The notes below the pieces were generated by a model. That model was not told the origin of the DNA. It did not search any database and saw only the letters and a list, made by a program, of their open reading frames with translations. Positions 36,628-51,971 of a stretch of DNA of 64,000 bases are shown piece after piece. Position numbers and translations under genes: made by a program. This stretch comes from Candidatus Latescibacterota bacterium (GTDB lineage: Bacteria; Latescibacterota; UBA2968; UBA8231), in the NCBI GenBank assembly GCA_965248355.1, contig OZ252098.1:3136001-3200000 (forward strand), given 5' to 3'. Position 1 is the first letter of the stretch. Each line of letters opens with the position of its first letter.

Positions 36628-36683
36628 TAGGAAAAATGAGGCACCTTTTTGGACTCTCGGTCAAGGCGCTGAGCGCACCGTTA
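36628..36683 (-). repeat. Second copy of the 56-bp oriIS-like end
   Basis: 54/56 identical to 35069-35124. Reads ...TTTTTCCTA(TAC) on the minus strand and contains a GCGC-TGA-GCGC hairpin. Confidence 0.8.
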
Positions 36684-39544
36684 GGCTTTGTCCCGAAACA
36701 GATGATTCACTTCAACCCTCAGTGGCCGGCCGGATCGTGTAGTTCCAATCCCCGTGAAACGCATGGGGCGAGAGATGGATCCGCTCCATTTGCTCGTCCT
36801 TGACGACCACGGCCTTGGGATACGCTCGCTTGTCGATCTCGGCGCGCACCCGAAGCCCTTTCTTCGGGGTGTAGCCTCGGTTTTACGCAGCCGTCTTGTC
36901 GGTCTGTTGTGTAGTCTGATGGAGGTACCAGTTCCAGAAGGCCTCCCATCGTTGGGATTGCACGTGGACTCGTAGATTGAGGATCTGCTGGCCTCCTTGG
37001 CGGGTCCAGCGCATGCCGCTGCGTTTGAGTCGATGGCCGACCAGGGTCTTGGCGGCGGCCTCCACGGGACCACTGGAGAGGATCAACCCCGAAGCGCGAT
37101 AGCGCGCGTAGTCCATCTTGTCCCGGTTGTTCCGGAAGTAGCCCAGCTCGGTGGTCACCTGACGATGGCGTTGGGAGCCGGGACGAAGGTTGCGGCGGTG
37201 GTAGGCCAGGGAGCGGATCAGGCCCTGAACGGCCCCGGGCTCATGACGCAGTTTGTGCCGCCAGGATCGGTACCAGCGAGCCGCTTTCGACGACCGCTTG
37301 CCGAAGAGGGGCTCGGCGGCCTTTGACAGGTGGTGGGCCGCGTGATAGAAGTCGAGAATCCGGGTGAAGCCGTCGAACACCGGCTGCCGATCCACGCTGC
37401 GCCAGATCTGGCGCTGGCCGTCGGCCAACACCACCCGGTGGTCATACTCCCCCCGCTGCAGGGCCCGGGCCGTCTCCTCCACCAAGCCGTGGACCAGGGT
37501 CTTCATCTTGGGCTCCGGCATGCGCGCGGCGTAGCGCACATCGACGCGTTGGGGGTCTTCCGTCGCCGGGTCCAGCGGCGTCCCATACGTGGCGACCATC
37601 CCTACCCCGGCCTCCTTCCAGGCGGTGGGCGCGCGGTCGGGGTCGGGATCCGTCGGTCGTTCGGCGGGCCGTCCGCGTTTCGGCGCCGGCTCCCGCAGCG
37701 GCACGGTGACGCCGTCCCAACTGACCACCAGGGTGTCGCCCTCGGTCTTTAGGGGCGCCGCCTCCTGCAAGGCCAGCTCGAGTTGCTCGGCGTGGTCCTC
37801 GGCGTACTGACCGACGGTGGTCAACAGATGCTGAATGGCGGTGCGCGACGGGGACGCCGGCAACAGCTCGGCCAAGCTGGCCTCGACTTCGGCCGGGACC
37901 AGGCGGGCGCCCAGAAAGGCCGTGAAACGCTCCAGCGCCGGCACCATGAATCGGTGGACCATGCCGCAGCGCTCATCCAAGGGCACCCGGCTGGGGCCGC
38001 CCCGATCGGGCTGATACAGCCGACGCGGCACCTGGACCTTGCCCCACAGGGTCATCCACTCCTTGTCGACCACCTGCTTGAACCGGTAGACCCGACCGTG
38101 GTGGATCACGGTGTCGTCGGCGATCTCGCACGCCTGCGCCAGCCGTTGGAAACCGATTCGACCGAGGTCGTCCAAAGCATCTCGCAACTCGCTCACCCTC
38201 TCGCGAAAGTCCTCCGGGCCGGCCTCCGGGGATTGCAGGCGATGCTCCCACTGGAGGACATTTTCCTCGAACTTTGTCAGGCGAGCGTGAAAATCCTTCG
38301 TATCTTCCATCAGGGACCCCTTTCCGGGTTTGGGCGTAAGTCCTTACACCCAAAGATACATTCGTGCCCGGACTTGGGGTCCCCCTTTTATCGACAATCT
38401 GCGTAAAGTGAAGGCTACACCCTTTCTTCGTTGTCGTCCGGCCGATCAGGTTGACTACCGTGGCCAGACTGACCAGAGGTTGGCCTCGCCAGTTCATGGC
38501 GATATAGGAGAACAGGCGATGCTCGATGCGGTTCCACTTGCTCGTGCCCGGAGGATAGTGGCAGACCGTGATCGTCAGGCCCGTGCGATCGGCCAAGCGC
38601 TGCCATTCCCATTTCCACAGCCGCAGTCTCGGACCGTTGCGGCCCCCCGCATCGGCCGTGATCCACAGGTGCGAGGCCGCCGGGTAGGCCGGACGACCCA
38701 TGCGTTTCCACCAGCTGCGGATGGCGTTCACCGCGAAGTGGGCGGTGTCGTGGTCGACGCCGACGCTGACCCAGCCCTCGTTGCGGCCCAGGTCGTAGAC
38801 CCCGTAGGGAATCGCCTGGCCCTGGGCCGGGATGATGAAGTCGTGGACCTTCACGCGCTCCGGCTCGCCCTTCGGACGCCATTGGCGACCCACGTTCTTG
38901 AAGTCGCCGATCAGCTCCTTCTTCTTGGTGTCCACCGAAATGACCGGCTGGCCTTGGGCCTGGGCCCTTCGGACCTGGTCGTGGAGGTAGTGAAACGGGG
39001 CGTCCCGATCCGGGTGTTGCGTGCCTTCTTTCGTCTTGCGATTCGCCTGCAGCGTGTAGCCGAGCTCGTGCAACAGTCCGTGGACGAGGCCAGGACTCAC
39101 CGAATGGCCCAGGGCCTGCAACTCGACCGCCAACTTGCGGATGCTCTTCGACGTCCATCGCAAGGGGCTGTCGTCCGGCGCCCCGGCGGTGACCGGCTCG
39201 AGCAGGGCGTTGAGGTCCGACAACAGCGTCACGTCGGTGTCGACGCGCCGCTTGCGGCCGCCGCCCGGCCGACGCACACGGCCGGAGTCCAACGGGGCGT
39301 CCGACCGCAGTTCCTGCAGGCCGCGAGCGATCCGGGTCCGCGACAGGCCCGTCGCACGGGCCACCACCGCAATGCCGCCATGTCCCAGGGCTTGCGCCTC
39401 CGACGCGGCCCACAAGCGTCGCGTGCGCTCGTTCAACACCGGCGTCAAGGCTTCGTATTTCGCCCGCAGGGTGCTTTCCGTGTCCACCCGTCAAGGATAA
39501 CACCTTTCTATCAGAAAGAACAGCGTTTATTTCTGCGCAGTGCC
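36684..39544 (-). mobile_element. Second ISAzo13-family copy (inverted), interrupted by ISKra4
   Basis: Same IRs and transposase as 19912..21208 with a few substitutions. TTA on both sides. Confidence 0.92.
36867..38422 (-). mobile_element. ISKra4-family IS, 1556 bp (transposase 38310..36883), 8-bp target duplication
   Basis: IRs GGGTGTAGCCTCGGTTTTACGCAG / GGGTGTAGCCTTCACTTTACGCAG. TTTCTTCG at 36859-66 and 38423-30. Motifs WDG, LADG..IW, LDFYHA, SGPVEAA.K...RLKRSGMRW. Confidence 0.9.
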
Positions 39545-39678
39545 TTAGGTGCAATACAGCCGTCGAGCGTACAGCAGGGTGAGGATCCTCCATCAATGCG
39601 TCCAAGTCGCCCGAGACCCGATCCACTAGATCAGGCCGGGCACCAACGAGGTCCATGAGTACTTTTGCCGCATCTACA

Positions 39679-41226
39679 CCCTCTGGTTGCATAAGAACAG
39701 GGCTTTTTCCTCCTCCGAACGGCCCATTGTCACTTGCGGCGCCCTCTGAAAAAGGGGTATTTGATACTGTCGACCAAGACATGTATCGACCCCTTTCAGA
39801 AGGACACCGCAAGTGAGGTTCAGAAAAGAAGACATTTTGGCCCGTTTTCACAAGCTCCCGCATCTTCGCTTCGAGGATCAACAGCTGACTTCCTTTGCGG
39901 GAGCCATCGTTTTTCAACTGCTCTTCCGGCGCCTGGATCTGAAGACTCGGCTGAAGTCGTGCTTCCCCGCCAAGAGCTCCGCGATCTTTGGTCCCCATCT
40001 CATGGTGTTGTTGCTCATCGTGCATCTGCTGCTGGGCTTCCGGCGGCTGCGAGACATGGACTATTACCGGGACGATCCGGTGGTGCTGCGTCTGTTGGGC
40101 TTGCGCCGCCTGCCGGACGTGGCCACCCTCAGTCGCGCCCTCGCAAGAATGGGCCGTTCGAGTATCGAAAAAGTGCGCCACCTGTCTTCGGTCCTGGTGG
40201 TGCAGGCGCTCCAGCGCGAGCGGTTCCCCCGTCTGACCCTCGACTTCGACGGCTCGGTGATCTCCACTTGTGGTCATGCCGAAGGGACCGCCGTGGGCTA
40301 TAATCCGAAAAAGAAAGGGGCGCGCAGCTATTACAACCTGTTCTGTACGGTGGCGCAGACCGGACAGTTCTTCGATGTCCTTCACCGCCCCGGCAACGTC
40401 CATGACAGCAAGGACGCCCATGCGTTCATGATGGACGCCTTCGATCGGGTGCGCGACGCGCTGGCGCCTACCGTGCTCGAGTCCCGACTCGACAGTGCCT
40501 TCTTCAGCCAGGACACGCTCACGCTCCTGGACCTGTATGGCGTCGAATGCACGATCAGTGTCCCTTTCGAACGCTTCCCCGTACTCAAGGACCAGATCGA
40601 AGCGCGCCAGCGCTGGCGCTTTCTCGATGAACACTGCGCCTATTTCGAGAGTGACTGGAAACCCAAACGCTGGCCCGCCTCGTACCGATTTCTCTTGGTC
40701 CGCCGTGCGGTCGCGCGTCAGACCAAGGAACCGCTGCAACTGGATCTGTTCGAACCCCGGCCCATCGATCATGAGTACCGCGTTCTGGTGACCAACAAGA
40801 GGATCTCGGCCCGCCGCGTGCTCCTCTTCCACTATGGCCGCGGCGCCCAGGAAGGGATCTTCGCCGAGGCCAAGCAACAGGCCGGGCTGGATCTGATCCC
40901 CACCCGGCGGCTGCTCGGCAACCAGATGGTGACTTTGTGTGCGATGATGGCCCACAATCTGGGACGCGAAATGCAGATGCGGGCGCAGGCGCGATCCAAC
41001 TATTCGCGCGCCAAACGCCCGGCGGCGTGGACCTTCCAGACCTTGGACACTCTGCGTCATCGCTTCATTCAGCGCGCCGGGCGCCTCACTCGGCCCAAGG
41101 GCGAGTTGACCCTGACCCTGAACTCCAATCCAAAAGTGGAAAAAGATCTGTTGCATTTCCTCGAAACACTGAAGGATGCCGCCTGATCACACCACCGCCT
41201 TCAAACAGATTTATGCAACGTTAGGG
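39679..41226 (+). mobile_element. IS1380-family IS, 1548 bp (transposase 39813..41186), TACA duplication
   Basis: IRs CCCTCTGGTTGCATAA / CCCTAACGTTGCATAA. TACA at 39675-78 and 41227-30. Motifs LTSFAG, TLDFDGSV, RLDSAF, YGRGAQE..F.E.K. Confidence 0.9.
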
Positions 41227-42775
41227 TACACGTGGTGCTGGACTACCCCATGACACCACGTCTTCCGAGCGACACTCAGTATCCTCATCCACCTCCGGCC
41301 TACGTGAGCTCGCCCCGATCCGCAGAAAATGCAGAAAGTCCTCCGTGTCTCCCCCCTCGGGGCCAGGCGGCAGAAGCCTCCGCTCAAGGATGACGCCGCA
41401 GGCCCGAACAATCACCTCCTCCCCCTCAGCCCTCAGCCGCGCGCCAACCCTCGCCGCGTCCAAGAACCCTTCCACTCTCCTCAGCAACGCATACATCTCT
41501 CCGAGAGCCAACCGGCCCCCCGGCTCCGCCCCCACCTCCAACCTCGTCTCCGTCGCTCTGATTGCTGCCGTCAGGTCGGGGTTGTCAGGATGCCTCTCCG
41601 TCAAGTCCGTCGCCCCCTCGTCGCCCTCTGCCGGCCCCCACGAGGTGGTGAAGACAAACGGACGCTCGTTCCCTCTTGGCTCCGGTTCTGTGTTCCTGAC
41701 TACCCTTCGAGCTTCCGGCGTCACTAGAGCCCCAGGCCCAATTGTGGAGAATAGCCTTCTCAGCAGATGATCCCTCGCCTCATCGGGGCAGTCGAATTCA
41801 AACGCACCTCGCTCAAAATCTGCCCGCTCTCCTCGGCTGAGACTCTCGAAACCCGCCGCCACAACATCGATGGCATCCTTGCGCGTATCGAGACAAACCA
41901 GAAACTCCTCCCTCATAGCAACGGGGCGCGCAAGCTTGAGCAGAGCTCCTCCCCTTTCGGCCGCAGCGAGAAACAGCCTCGACCACAAGACGGCTAACGA
42001 TCCCTTCTCGATCAATAGATCCCCAAGTCCGACAGCGACACTCTCCGCGCTCCCCCTCAGTACCTCAAGGAACTTGGCAATAAGAACCCCGCCATCCCCG
42101 TCAGTCTTTCTAGCCGGACTGTGTGCCCAAATGTGGCTAAAGTCGGGCCGGAGTCGCACTCGTCGCCCGCCCACGCTAAAGACCGCTTCCCTGCCCTCAG
42201 CGGCAATGGGATGCGCCCGCTCCACATAGCCATCAACTGCAACAACGAGCGCCTCGACAGCACGGCACGGGTGCAAGCCGAGAAACTCAAAGATGAACTC
42301 CTCCAACACATATCGCGCCATCGAATAGTCTTGGCGAGTGTTTGACATGAGTGGCAGAATCCGACTGGAGCCCATCTGGGTCTCACAGCTTTCGGTCACA
42401 ACGAATCCATAGGTCCTTCCGTAGATCTCCACGGCGAAGCCGGGATCCACATCCGCAATGACGCGGATCTTGTCGCAGATGGCGGGCACCTCCACCGGAG
42501 CAAATCTCTGGAGACGCTCCTCTTCGAACACCTTGGCAAGCAATTCCCGGGATGCTTGGGGATCTGTTTCGTAAGTGTCCGCCACGAACCCAATAGACGC
42601 CCGCACCAATTTCCCGGGCTCGCGGAGGCCATACCCGTAGGCCAGAAGCGACCGACTTGGCACGCCCAACTCCTTAGGCGGTGGCACACTCTCACTCCGC
42701 CGGTCGATGAATTGATAGAGTAGGAAGCGTACCGATACCGCTACGGGCGCAACATTGGCCGCAACTGCTTCAAGC

Positions 42776-44412
42776 GTAACCGTTCAGTCCCCTACGGCGC
42801 CAAGCCGGATGTTGAAAAATCGCTGTTCTGATTTGGCCTTTGTGGGTATCTTGGGACCGGTAGCTGGCACAGCGTCCTTTGACCCCGGGCAAGGCCGTGG
42901 AGAGTCCCCCTCAGATTTCGGTGTCCGACCGCGACTGGCAACGCACGCCGCCGTCGGTGCAGGAGGCGGTGGTCCGCTTGGGGGAGCGGGTGGCGCATCT
43001 GGAGCAGATCGTGGAGCAACAGGCCGCCCGCATCGCCGCCTTGGAGCAGGAACTGGCCCGGCGCCAGGGCCGAAGCCGCCGCGGCGCCCAAGCCTCGGCC
43101 TCCTCGGACAGCGACCGCCCCCGCCGGCGTCGATCCTCGGGACGCTCGCCGGGAGGACCGCCGGGGCACGAAGGCCATGGCCGGGCGCTGATGCCGGCCG
43201 GGCGCGTGGACCAGTGGATCCCGGTCAAGCCCGGCGCCTGCCACCGATGCGGGCAGCGGCTCACGGGCGAGGACCCCCATCCGCGGCGTCACCAGCAGGT
43301 CGTGATCCCGCCGGTGCGAGCCGAGGTCCTCGAGTATCAGCTGCACACGCTGCGTTGTCCGGCCTGCGACGTGCTGACCGAAGCCGACTGGCCCGCGGGG
43401 GTGTCCCGGCGCACCTTCGGGCCCAGCGTGCAGGCCTGGGTCGGCCTGCGGGCCGGCGCCTACCGCTTGAGTCATCGCAACATCGCAGCCCTGTTGTCCG
43501 ACGCCTTTGGCGTCGAGCTGTCGGTGGGCACGGTCAGCGCGTTGCAGCAAGAGGTGTCGGCGGCGCTGGCCGAACCGATGCAAGAAGCTTGCGCCTACGT
43601 TCGCCAACAGCCCCGAGTCAATGTGGACGAGACGGGCTGGCGGCAGCGCCGGGGCCGGGCCTGGTTGTGGACCGCGGTGACAGAGGGCGTCTCGGTCTTC
43701 GCCATTCGCCCCAGCCGCGGCCGGGAGGTGGTCGAGGAGTTGCTCGGCGCCGACAGCCCGGCGGGGGTCGGCTCGGACCGGTACTCGGCCTACGGGCATC
43801 GGCCGCCGGCGCGCCGGCAAGTGTGCTGGGCCCACCTGCGGCGCACCTTCGAGGACTTTTCGGCCCGCGCCGGACCGGCCGCCGGCGTCGGCCAGCAGTT
43901 GCTGGAATCCACCGATCAGATGTTCACCTGGTGGCATCGAGTGCGCGACGGCACCCTGCAACGCTCCAGCTTCCAGGTCGATGTCCGCACTCTGCGGGGG
44001 CGCGTTCGTCTGGCCTTGTGGTTTGGGCAGCAGTTCGCCGATGCCTCGACCGCGGCCACCTGCGCCAACCTCCTCGACTTGGGGCCGGCGCTGTGGACCT
44101 TCGCCCGTCGGGAAGGCGTCGAGCCGACCAACAACGAGGCCGAACGAGCCCTTCGTCATGGCGTGTTGTGGCGCCACACCAGCTTCGGCACCCACAGTGC
44201 CGACGGCAGCCGCTTCGTGGAGCGCCTGCTCACGGTGCGCGACACCCTGCGCCAGCAACAGCGCAGCGTCCTCGACGATCTCACGACGGCCTGTCACGCC
44301 GCCCTGCATCAACAGCCGGCGCCGTCGTTGCTGCCCCAAACCAGCTCCGTCCTTCGGTAGGCCTCTCCGCACCACGCCTCCGGCTCCATCAGCCTGGAGA
44401 CTGAACGGTTAC
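42776..44412 (+). mobile_element. Single-ORF IS66-family IS, 1637 bp (transposase 42879..44360), 8-bp duplication
   Basis: IR GTAACCGTTCAGTC at both ends. CTTCAAGC at 42768-75 and 44413-20. Motifs PGG.PGHEG, CxxC, VDETGW, SDRYSAY, QVCWAHL.R, PTNNEAERALR. Confidence 0.93.
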
Positions 44413-46908
44413 CTTCAAGCAGCCCGATCCAGGGCTCGTCAGGGACATCCCCCTCATCCTCTAGGCGAATGGCCAAGGCACCACAGAGGTAGGAGAGGGC
44501 ACTTACGGCGTTCTCGTCCTGGGCCACTACGCGCTCCGCAAGCCACTCTGTGTCCGTGGCCTCCACGGGTAGTTCCGCACAGATTCGGCAAGTCGCGCTT
44601 CGAACGATGGGGTCCGCCTCCTTGTCCGACAGGATGTGTCCGACAGCCGTCCAGAATGAAGAGCGATCCGGCTGGGACTCCCAAACCTCCTGCAGGAGGA
44701 ACCCAAGCGCTGGCGCCAGCATGAGGCCCAGCGCCTGTTCCTTCGCGAAGCGCTCGTCTCCACTTACGATTCTGGCTGGCTCGAGGAAAACCCGTGCTGC
44801 TGCAAAGTCAAAGAGGATGTGGTGCCGAAACTGAATCCACCGGTCGTTTCCTCCGCGAACCAGCACACCCTCCTGTGACAGGACATCGATCATGGCCGGA
44901 TCATCCGACCAGACCTTCTGCCTTGCCACGCGCAATTCACGTGCCTTTACCATCTCCGCGACAATAGCCCCAAGGCTACTCTCCGCGGGCGTTCCGTGCC
45001 TTTCAATCCTATGGGACCAATACAGGCACAGTAAGGCCGACTGAGACGACACCCGGTTTAGCTCGAGGAGATCCACACCGTCAGAAATGAGATCACCAAT
45101 CAACCGGGTATTGAAGGGAATCGCAGCAAGCTCCCGCAGCGGCGGAGGAGCGTTGCTGAGTGCTCTGGCCAGGGTTGGCGCCTGACTAAGCAGGTTCTGC
45201 AACTCGGACTCTGACCACGGGGTTATCTCTATGTGCCGAACACTGCTCAAATGTGGCTCTGCGTAGGTGCTGTCAGGCGGCGTACCCTCGAATAGGGAGC
45301 GCAATTGGCTACCCATTCTTAGGTCGAAGGTGCGAATGGATGCTACGACGCGCCATCGGTCGCATCTCCCCACTACCCCCTCGATCAAGGTGCGAAAGAC
45401 CCCCTCCCCCCTCCCTCCGCGCGTTGCGTCAAGGGCGTCGATAATCAGCCACGCTGGCCCTGGCCCATCCCAAGCCTCCAGGACTTCCAGAAGGCCGTGT
45501 TCTAGACCTATATCCCTTGACAACCCTTCTAACGACTCTACGGAGTGTTGATCGGCTGCTAGTTCGAGAACGTCCTTTCCCTGCATCACCAAACGGCCTG
45601 CGAGCTGGTTCACCACCCCACTCTTTCCGGAGCCCGGTTCGCCGACTATCAGGAGCGACTCCTCGAATGTCGAGGCCTCAACCGCCTCTTGGCACTCCCG
45701 GACAATCGAGGCACTTTCCCCGTTTGCAAGCTCAATCCTCTCATGCCGCCGCAACGAGCGTACAACTGACTGGGTGTGCTGAATGAGTGTCGAGATATCG
45801 TGCTGATAACTGGGCGCTGCAGCCAGGCTTACCCCCCTTGCCATGAGCCTTTCCCGCAGGTTTCCAAGATCAGCACCTGCCCGTTCCTTCATCATCTGAC
45901 CGCAAAGGACTTCCAAAACGTTCAGAGCTGCGTAGGCGTCCGTCCTATCCGACAGGGATCCTGCCAGGATCTCCGCTGTCGTGGACTGTGCGCCATCTAC
46001 GTCGAACACCAGCACTCTGACCAGTCCTGCCAGTTGATCTGGAAACTCCGGATCAAACTCATCATGTGTCGCCGATTCCCACGCTTGGGCGACGCACGGC
46101 CTGAAGACCTCCATTGCTTTCTGCTGGGCAACTGTCAGAGGACATCAGGGCCAGGTTGGGATCTCTGACGGAGCGCTTTCGGAAGGTCTTCACGCACCGT
46201 CTTGGGCGCTTGTGGGCTAACTGCAAGCACGAGCCGGTCCCGGGACGAATCCAGCGGCCGGTTCCACTCGCTGTCCCCATCCCCCCCGCGGCAGGCCAAC
46301 CAGTGCCGTACAAATTGAGAGATGGTCTTCCCGAAGGGGCTAGACATATCGGTCGAGAGAGATACAGTCGTTTTGGTTTGGATGGCTAGATAGCCGTCGG
46401 TTGATGTAGAGACGAGGATGTCATCGACTGGTGCGTTCGTCTCGAAGCGAAGCCATACAGGGGTAGCGTTGCCAAGATTCAGTCGTTCATCACCCGCCTT
46501 CTCTGCAAGAAGGCATGCGCCGAAAATCGCTCCGACCTTCTGCTGAAACGCGCCTGCACTAGTAGCCGCACCACCTGCCGCCGCCGGTGCATGTGAATCC
46601 TTGGATGTTTCAGACATTGCTGCTCTCCAGTTTGGGCGAGTGGCTCGACAGGGTCATCGCAGGTCCCAAGCTATGAAGGGGCAAGAGTGAGGGCCAGAGG
46701 ACGGCCGCCACTACCGTAGTAGTCCGCGCCTCACTTGGACGACCCGCCTACTATTGCTTCGTTTTCCCCGTTCCTTAAAGACTATGCCGCTAATGCACCT
46801 AAGGAGGCTTGGAACCGGCGACCGGATCGGCCTGTAGCAAATCCCACGGTATCAACGGGAACAGCGCTTCAGTTGCGGATCCGGTCTCCGTCCATTCATT
46901 ATGTCCCC

Positions 46909-47343
46909 ATGGCCAACAGACCCGTAGTCGTCTACGACGGCGAGTGCCGCTTCTGCCGGTGGAGCGTGGCCCGCATCCAGCGGCTGGACCGCGCCGGACA
47001 ATTCGAGTACCTCCCCCGCCAGGCCCCCGGCGCCGAGGACCGCTTCCCGGTGCTGACCCAGAGCGACTTCGACACCGGCCTGCGGCTCCTCCAGCACGAT
47101 CCGCAGATCGTCCACGTGGGCGCCGACGGCGTCTACCAGATCTACCGGCGGCTGCCGCCCCTGCATCGGGTGGCCTGGCTCTACCGGGTGCCCGTGCTCA
47201 CCTGGCTCTTCCGCCTGGGCTATGCCATCATCGCCCGCAACCGCCATCGCTTCGGGCGGGTCCCGCCCGAGATGGCCTGCGACGACCTCTGCGACCTGTC
47301 CTACGGCGAGCGCCGCGGGGATCCGCCGGCAGCATCGCCCTGA
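46909..47343 (+). CDS. DCC1-like thiol-disulfide oxidoreductase (DUF393)
   Basis: VVYDGECRFC (DxxCxxC), YAIIARNRHR. Confidence 0.88.
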   Translation: MANRPVVVYDGECRFCRWSVARIQRLDRAGQFEYLPRQAPGAEDRFPVLTQSDFDTGLRLLQHDPQIVHVGADGVYQIYRRLPPLHRVAWLYRVPVLTWLFRLGYAIIARNRHRFGRVPPEMACDDLCDLSYGERRGDPPAASP

Positions 47344-48239
47344 TGCGCTGCCGCCGGTTCGGCAAGACCGGCTGGCAGGTCAGCGAGATCGCCCTCGGCG
47401 GCGCCTGGTTCTACGGCCGTCCCGAGTTCGGCCCGCGGCCCCTCTCCCACGGCGCCGCCATCGTCGAGCGCGCCCTCGAGCTGGGGGTCAACTACATCGA
47501 CACGGCCCCCCTCTACGGCAGCGGCCGCAGCGAGGAGGTCCTGGGCCACGCCCTCAAGGGGGTGGATCAGCCCTTCTTCCTGGCCACCAAGGTCGGCTAC
47601 CTCCCGGAGCCCTTCGACTACACGCGGGACACGGTGATGCGCGGCTTCGAGGCCAGCCTGAAGCGGCTGCAGCGCGACCGCGTCGACCTGGTGCAGATCC
47701 ACGAGACCGAGAAGGCCGGCTGGGAGGGGGTCTTCGGCAAGGGGCGCACCCTCGAGGCGCTGATCGAGCTGCGCGAGCAGGGTCTGGCCACCCACATCGG
47801 CCTCACCGGCGCCGACCTCGACCTCATGGTGCGCATGCTCGGCGCCACGGACGAGTTCGTCTCCGTCATCACCTACCTCAAGTACGACCTGCTGGTGCAG
47901 GACGCCCGCCAGGCCCTGGTGCCCGCCGCGGTCGCCGCCGACGCCGCCCTCATCTGCGCCTCCCCCCTGCACGCGGGCCTGCTCGGCTCCCGGCGCGATC
48001 ACTGGCGTAGGCAGGGCCGCTTCGAGGAGCGGTACGAACGGCTGGAGCGGGTCGAGGCGGTCCTGGACCACCACGGCCTGAGCCCGGCCGACGCGGGGCT
48101 GCGCTACCTGCTGTCGGATCCGCGCGTGGCCACCGTCCTCTCCGGCGTCGACAGCGTCGCCGAGCTGGAGCGCTCCGTGGCGGCTTCCGACGCCGGACCC
48201 CTGGACGCGGAGCTGATCCGCCAGATCGAGGAGGCCTGA
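47343..48239 (+). CDS. Aldo/keto reductase
   Basis: FGKTGWQVSEIALGG, GVNYIDTAPLYG.GRSE, ATKVG, SLKRLQ.D.VDLVQIH. Confidence 0.93.
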   Translation: MRCRRFGKTGWQVSEIALGGAWFYGRPEFGPRPLSHGAAIVERALELGVNYIDTAPLYGSGRSEEVLGHALKGVDQPFFLATKVGYLPEPFDYTRDTVMRGFEASLKRLQRDRVDLVQIHETEKAGWEGVFGKGRTLEALIELREQGLATHIGLTGADLDLMVRMLGATDEFVSVITYLKYDLLVQDARQALVPAAVAADAALICASPLHAGLLGSRRDHWRRQGRFEERYERLERVEAVLDHHGLSPADAGLRYLLSDPRVATVLSGVDSVAELERSVAASDAGPLDAELIRQIEEA

Positions 48240-48865
48240 TGGCCGCACCCGTGAGACTGGGATTCATCGGCGTGGGATTCATCACCCAGCGCGCCCACCT
48301 GCCGGCCCTGCAGCCGCTGGTCGAGTCGGGCGAGGCGGAGTTCACCGCCTTCTGCGACCTGAACGAGGAGACCGGCCGGGAGCAGGCCGCCGCCTTCGGC
48401 GCCAGGGCCGTCTACACCGATCACGAGCGCATGCTGGAGCGCGAGTCCCTCGACGCGGTGTACGTCAACCTGCCGCCGACCCTGCACACCGACCAGGTGC
48501 GCCTCGCCGCCGAGCGCGGCCTCCACCTCTTCGTGGAGAAGCCGGTGAGCCTGGACATGGCCCAGGCCGTGGAGTTCGCCGCCGCCATCGAGAGGGCCGG
48601 CGTCGTCTCCCAGGTCGGCTTCAACAGCCGCTACAGCCCCTCGTCCGCGGTCGTCCGCGAGCGCCTCGCATCCCTGACCCCGCGCCACGTCCAGGTGCAA
48701 CTGCTCTACAGCGGCCGGCCGATCCGCTGGTGGACGAGCCGCTACGAGGAGTGCGGCGGCTCCTTCGTGGAGAACACCATCCACATGGTCGACCTGGTCC
48801 GCTACTGGCTCGGCGACATCGCCCAGGTCTCCGCCTTCTACCACTGGCGGGAGCCCGGCGTGGGA

Positions 48866-51525
<2,660 letters not shown>

Positions 51526-51971
51526 CGAGCCGATGAACCTGCCCCACGCGTACGACGTGAATTACCTCTTCGACTCCGGGGTCACGGGCAGCTTCACCAC
51601 TTCGCGGGTGCTCACCAACGTGGAGGCGGGGCGCAGGCAGGTGCTGATCGTCTGCGACGACGCCCTGATCGAGTGGTCGGCGGCGAAGGTGGTGGAGAAC
51701 GGAGAGACGGTCTGGGAGGAGGAGGCGGAAGGCCGAGCGGCCTTCGCCCTGCAGGCCGAGGCTTTCGTCGCCGCGGTTCGGGCCAGTGACCCGTCGGCGA
51801 CGCTCAGCCCCTACGGGCCGAGCCTGAACAGCCTGGCCGCCGTCCTCGGGGCCAACGCCTCGGCCGAGCGGGACGGCGAGCGGTTGCCCCTGGCGAACGT
51901 GCAGTCGGGAGCCGTGGCCTGGAACCCGCGCTTCGCGGCGGCCCACGGCGTGCCGGCGCTGGAGGACTGAC

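Larger units (their letters stand above)
39548..46617 (-). pseudogene. Large PD-(D/E)xK nuclease plus STAND NTPase (Avs-like) gene, interrupted by IS66 and IS1380 and truncated at ISAzo13
   Basis: N-terminal GGAAT..G.FQ...FET.APVDD...IQTK. Walker A IVGEPGSGKS, Walker B WLIIDALD, ASIR.FDL, IPFN, FRHHILFD. Removing IS66 and IS1380 restores the frame. 1-nt frameshift near 46135. Confidence 0.8.

Noticed and set aside
37973..39487. 504-aa extended transposase
   Set aside because: ISAzo13 transposase reading into the inserted ISKra4.
19912..39544. Inversion of the segment between the two inverted ISAzo13 copies
   Set aside because: The flanks of copy 1 rejoin into one HEPN gene, so that site has not been inverted.
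35121..39550. GTTAGG(G/T) motifs at the repeat ends as integron attC/attI core sites
   Set aside because: No integrase, no RYYYAAC partner box and no cassette array. The repeat is better explained as an IS91 oriIS-like end.
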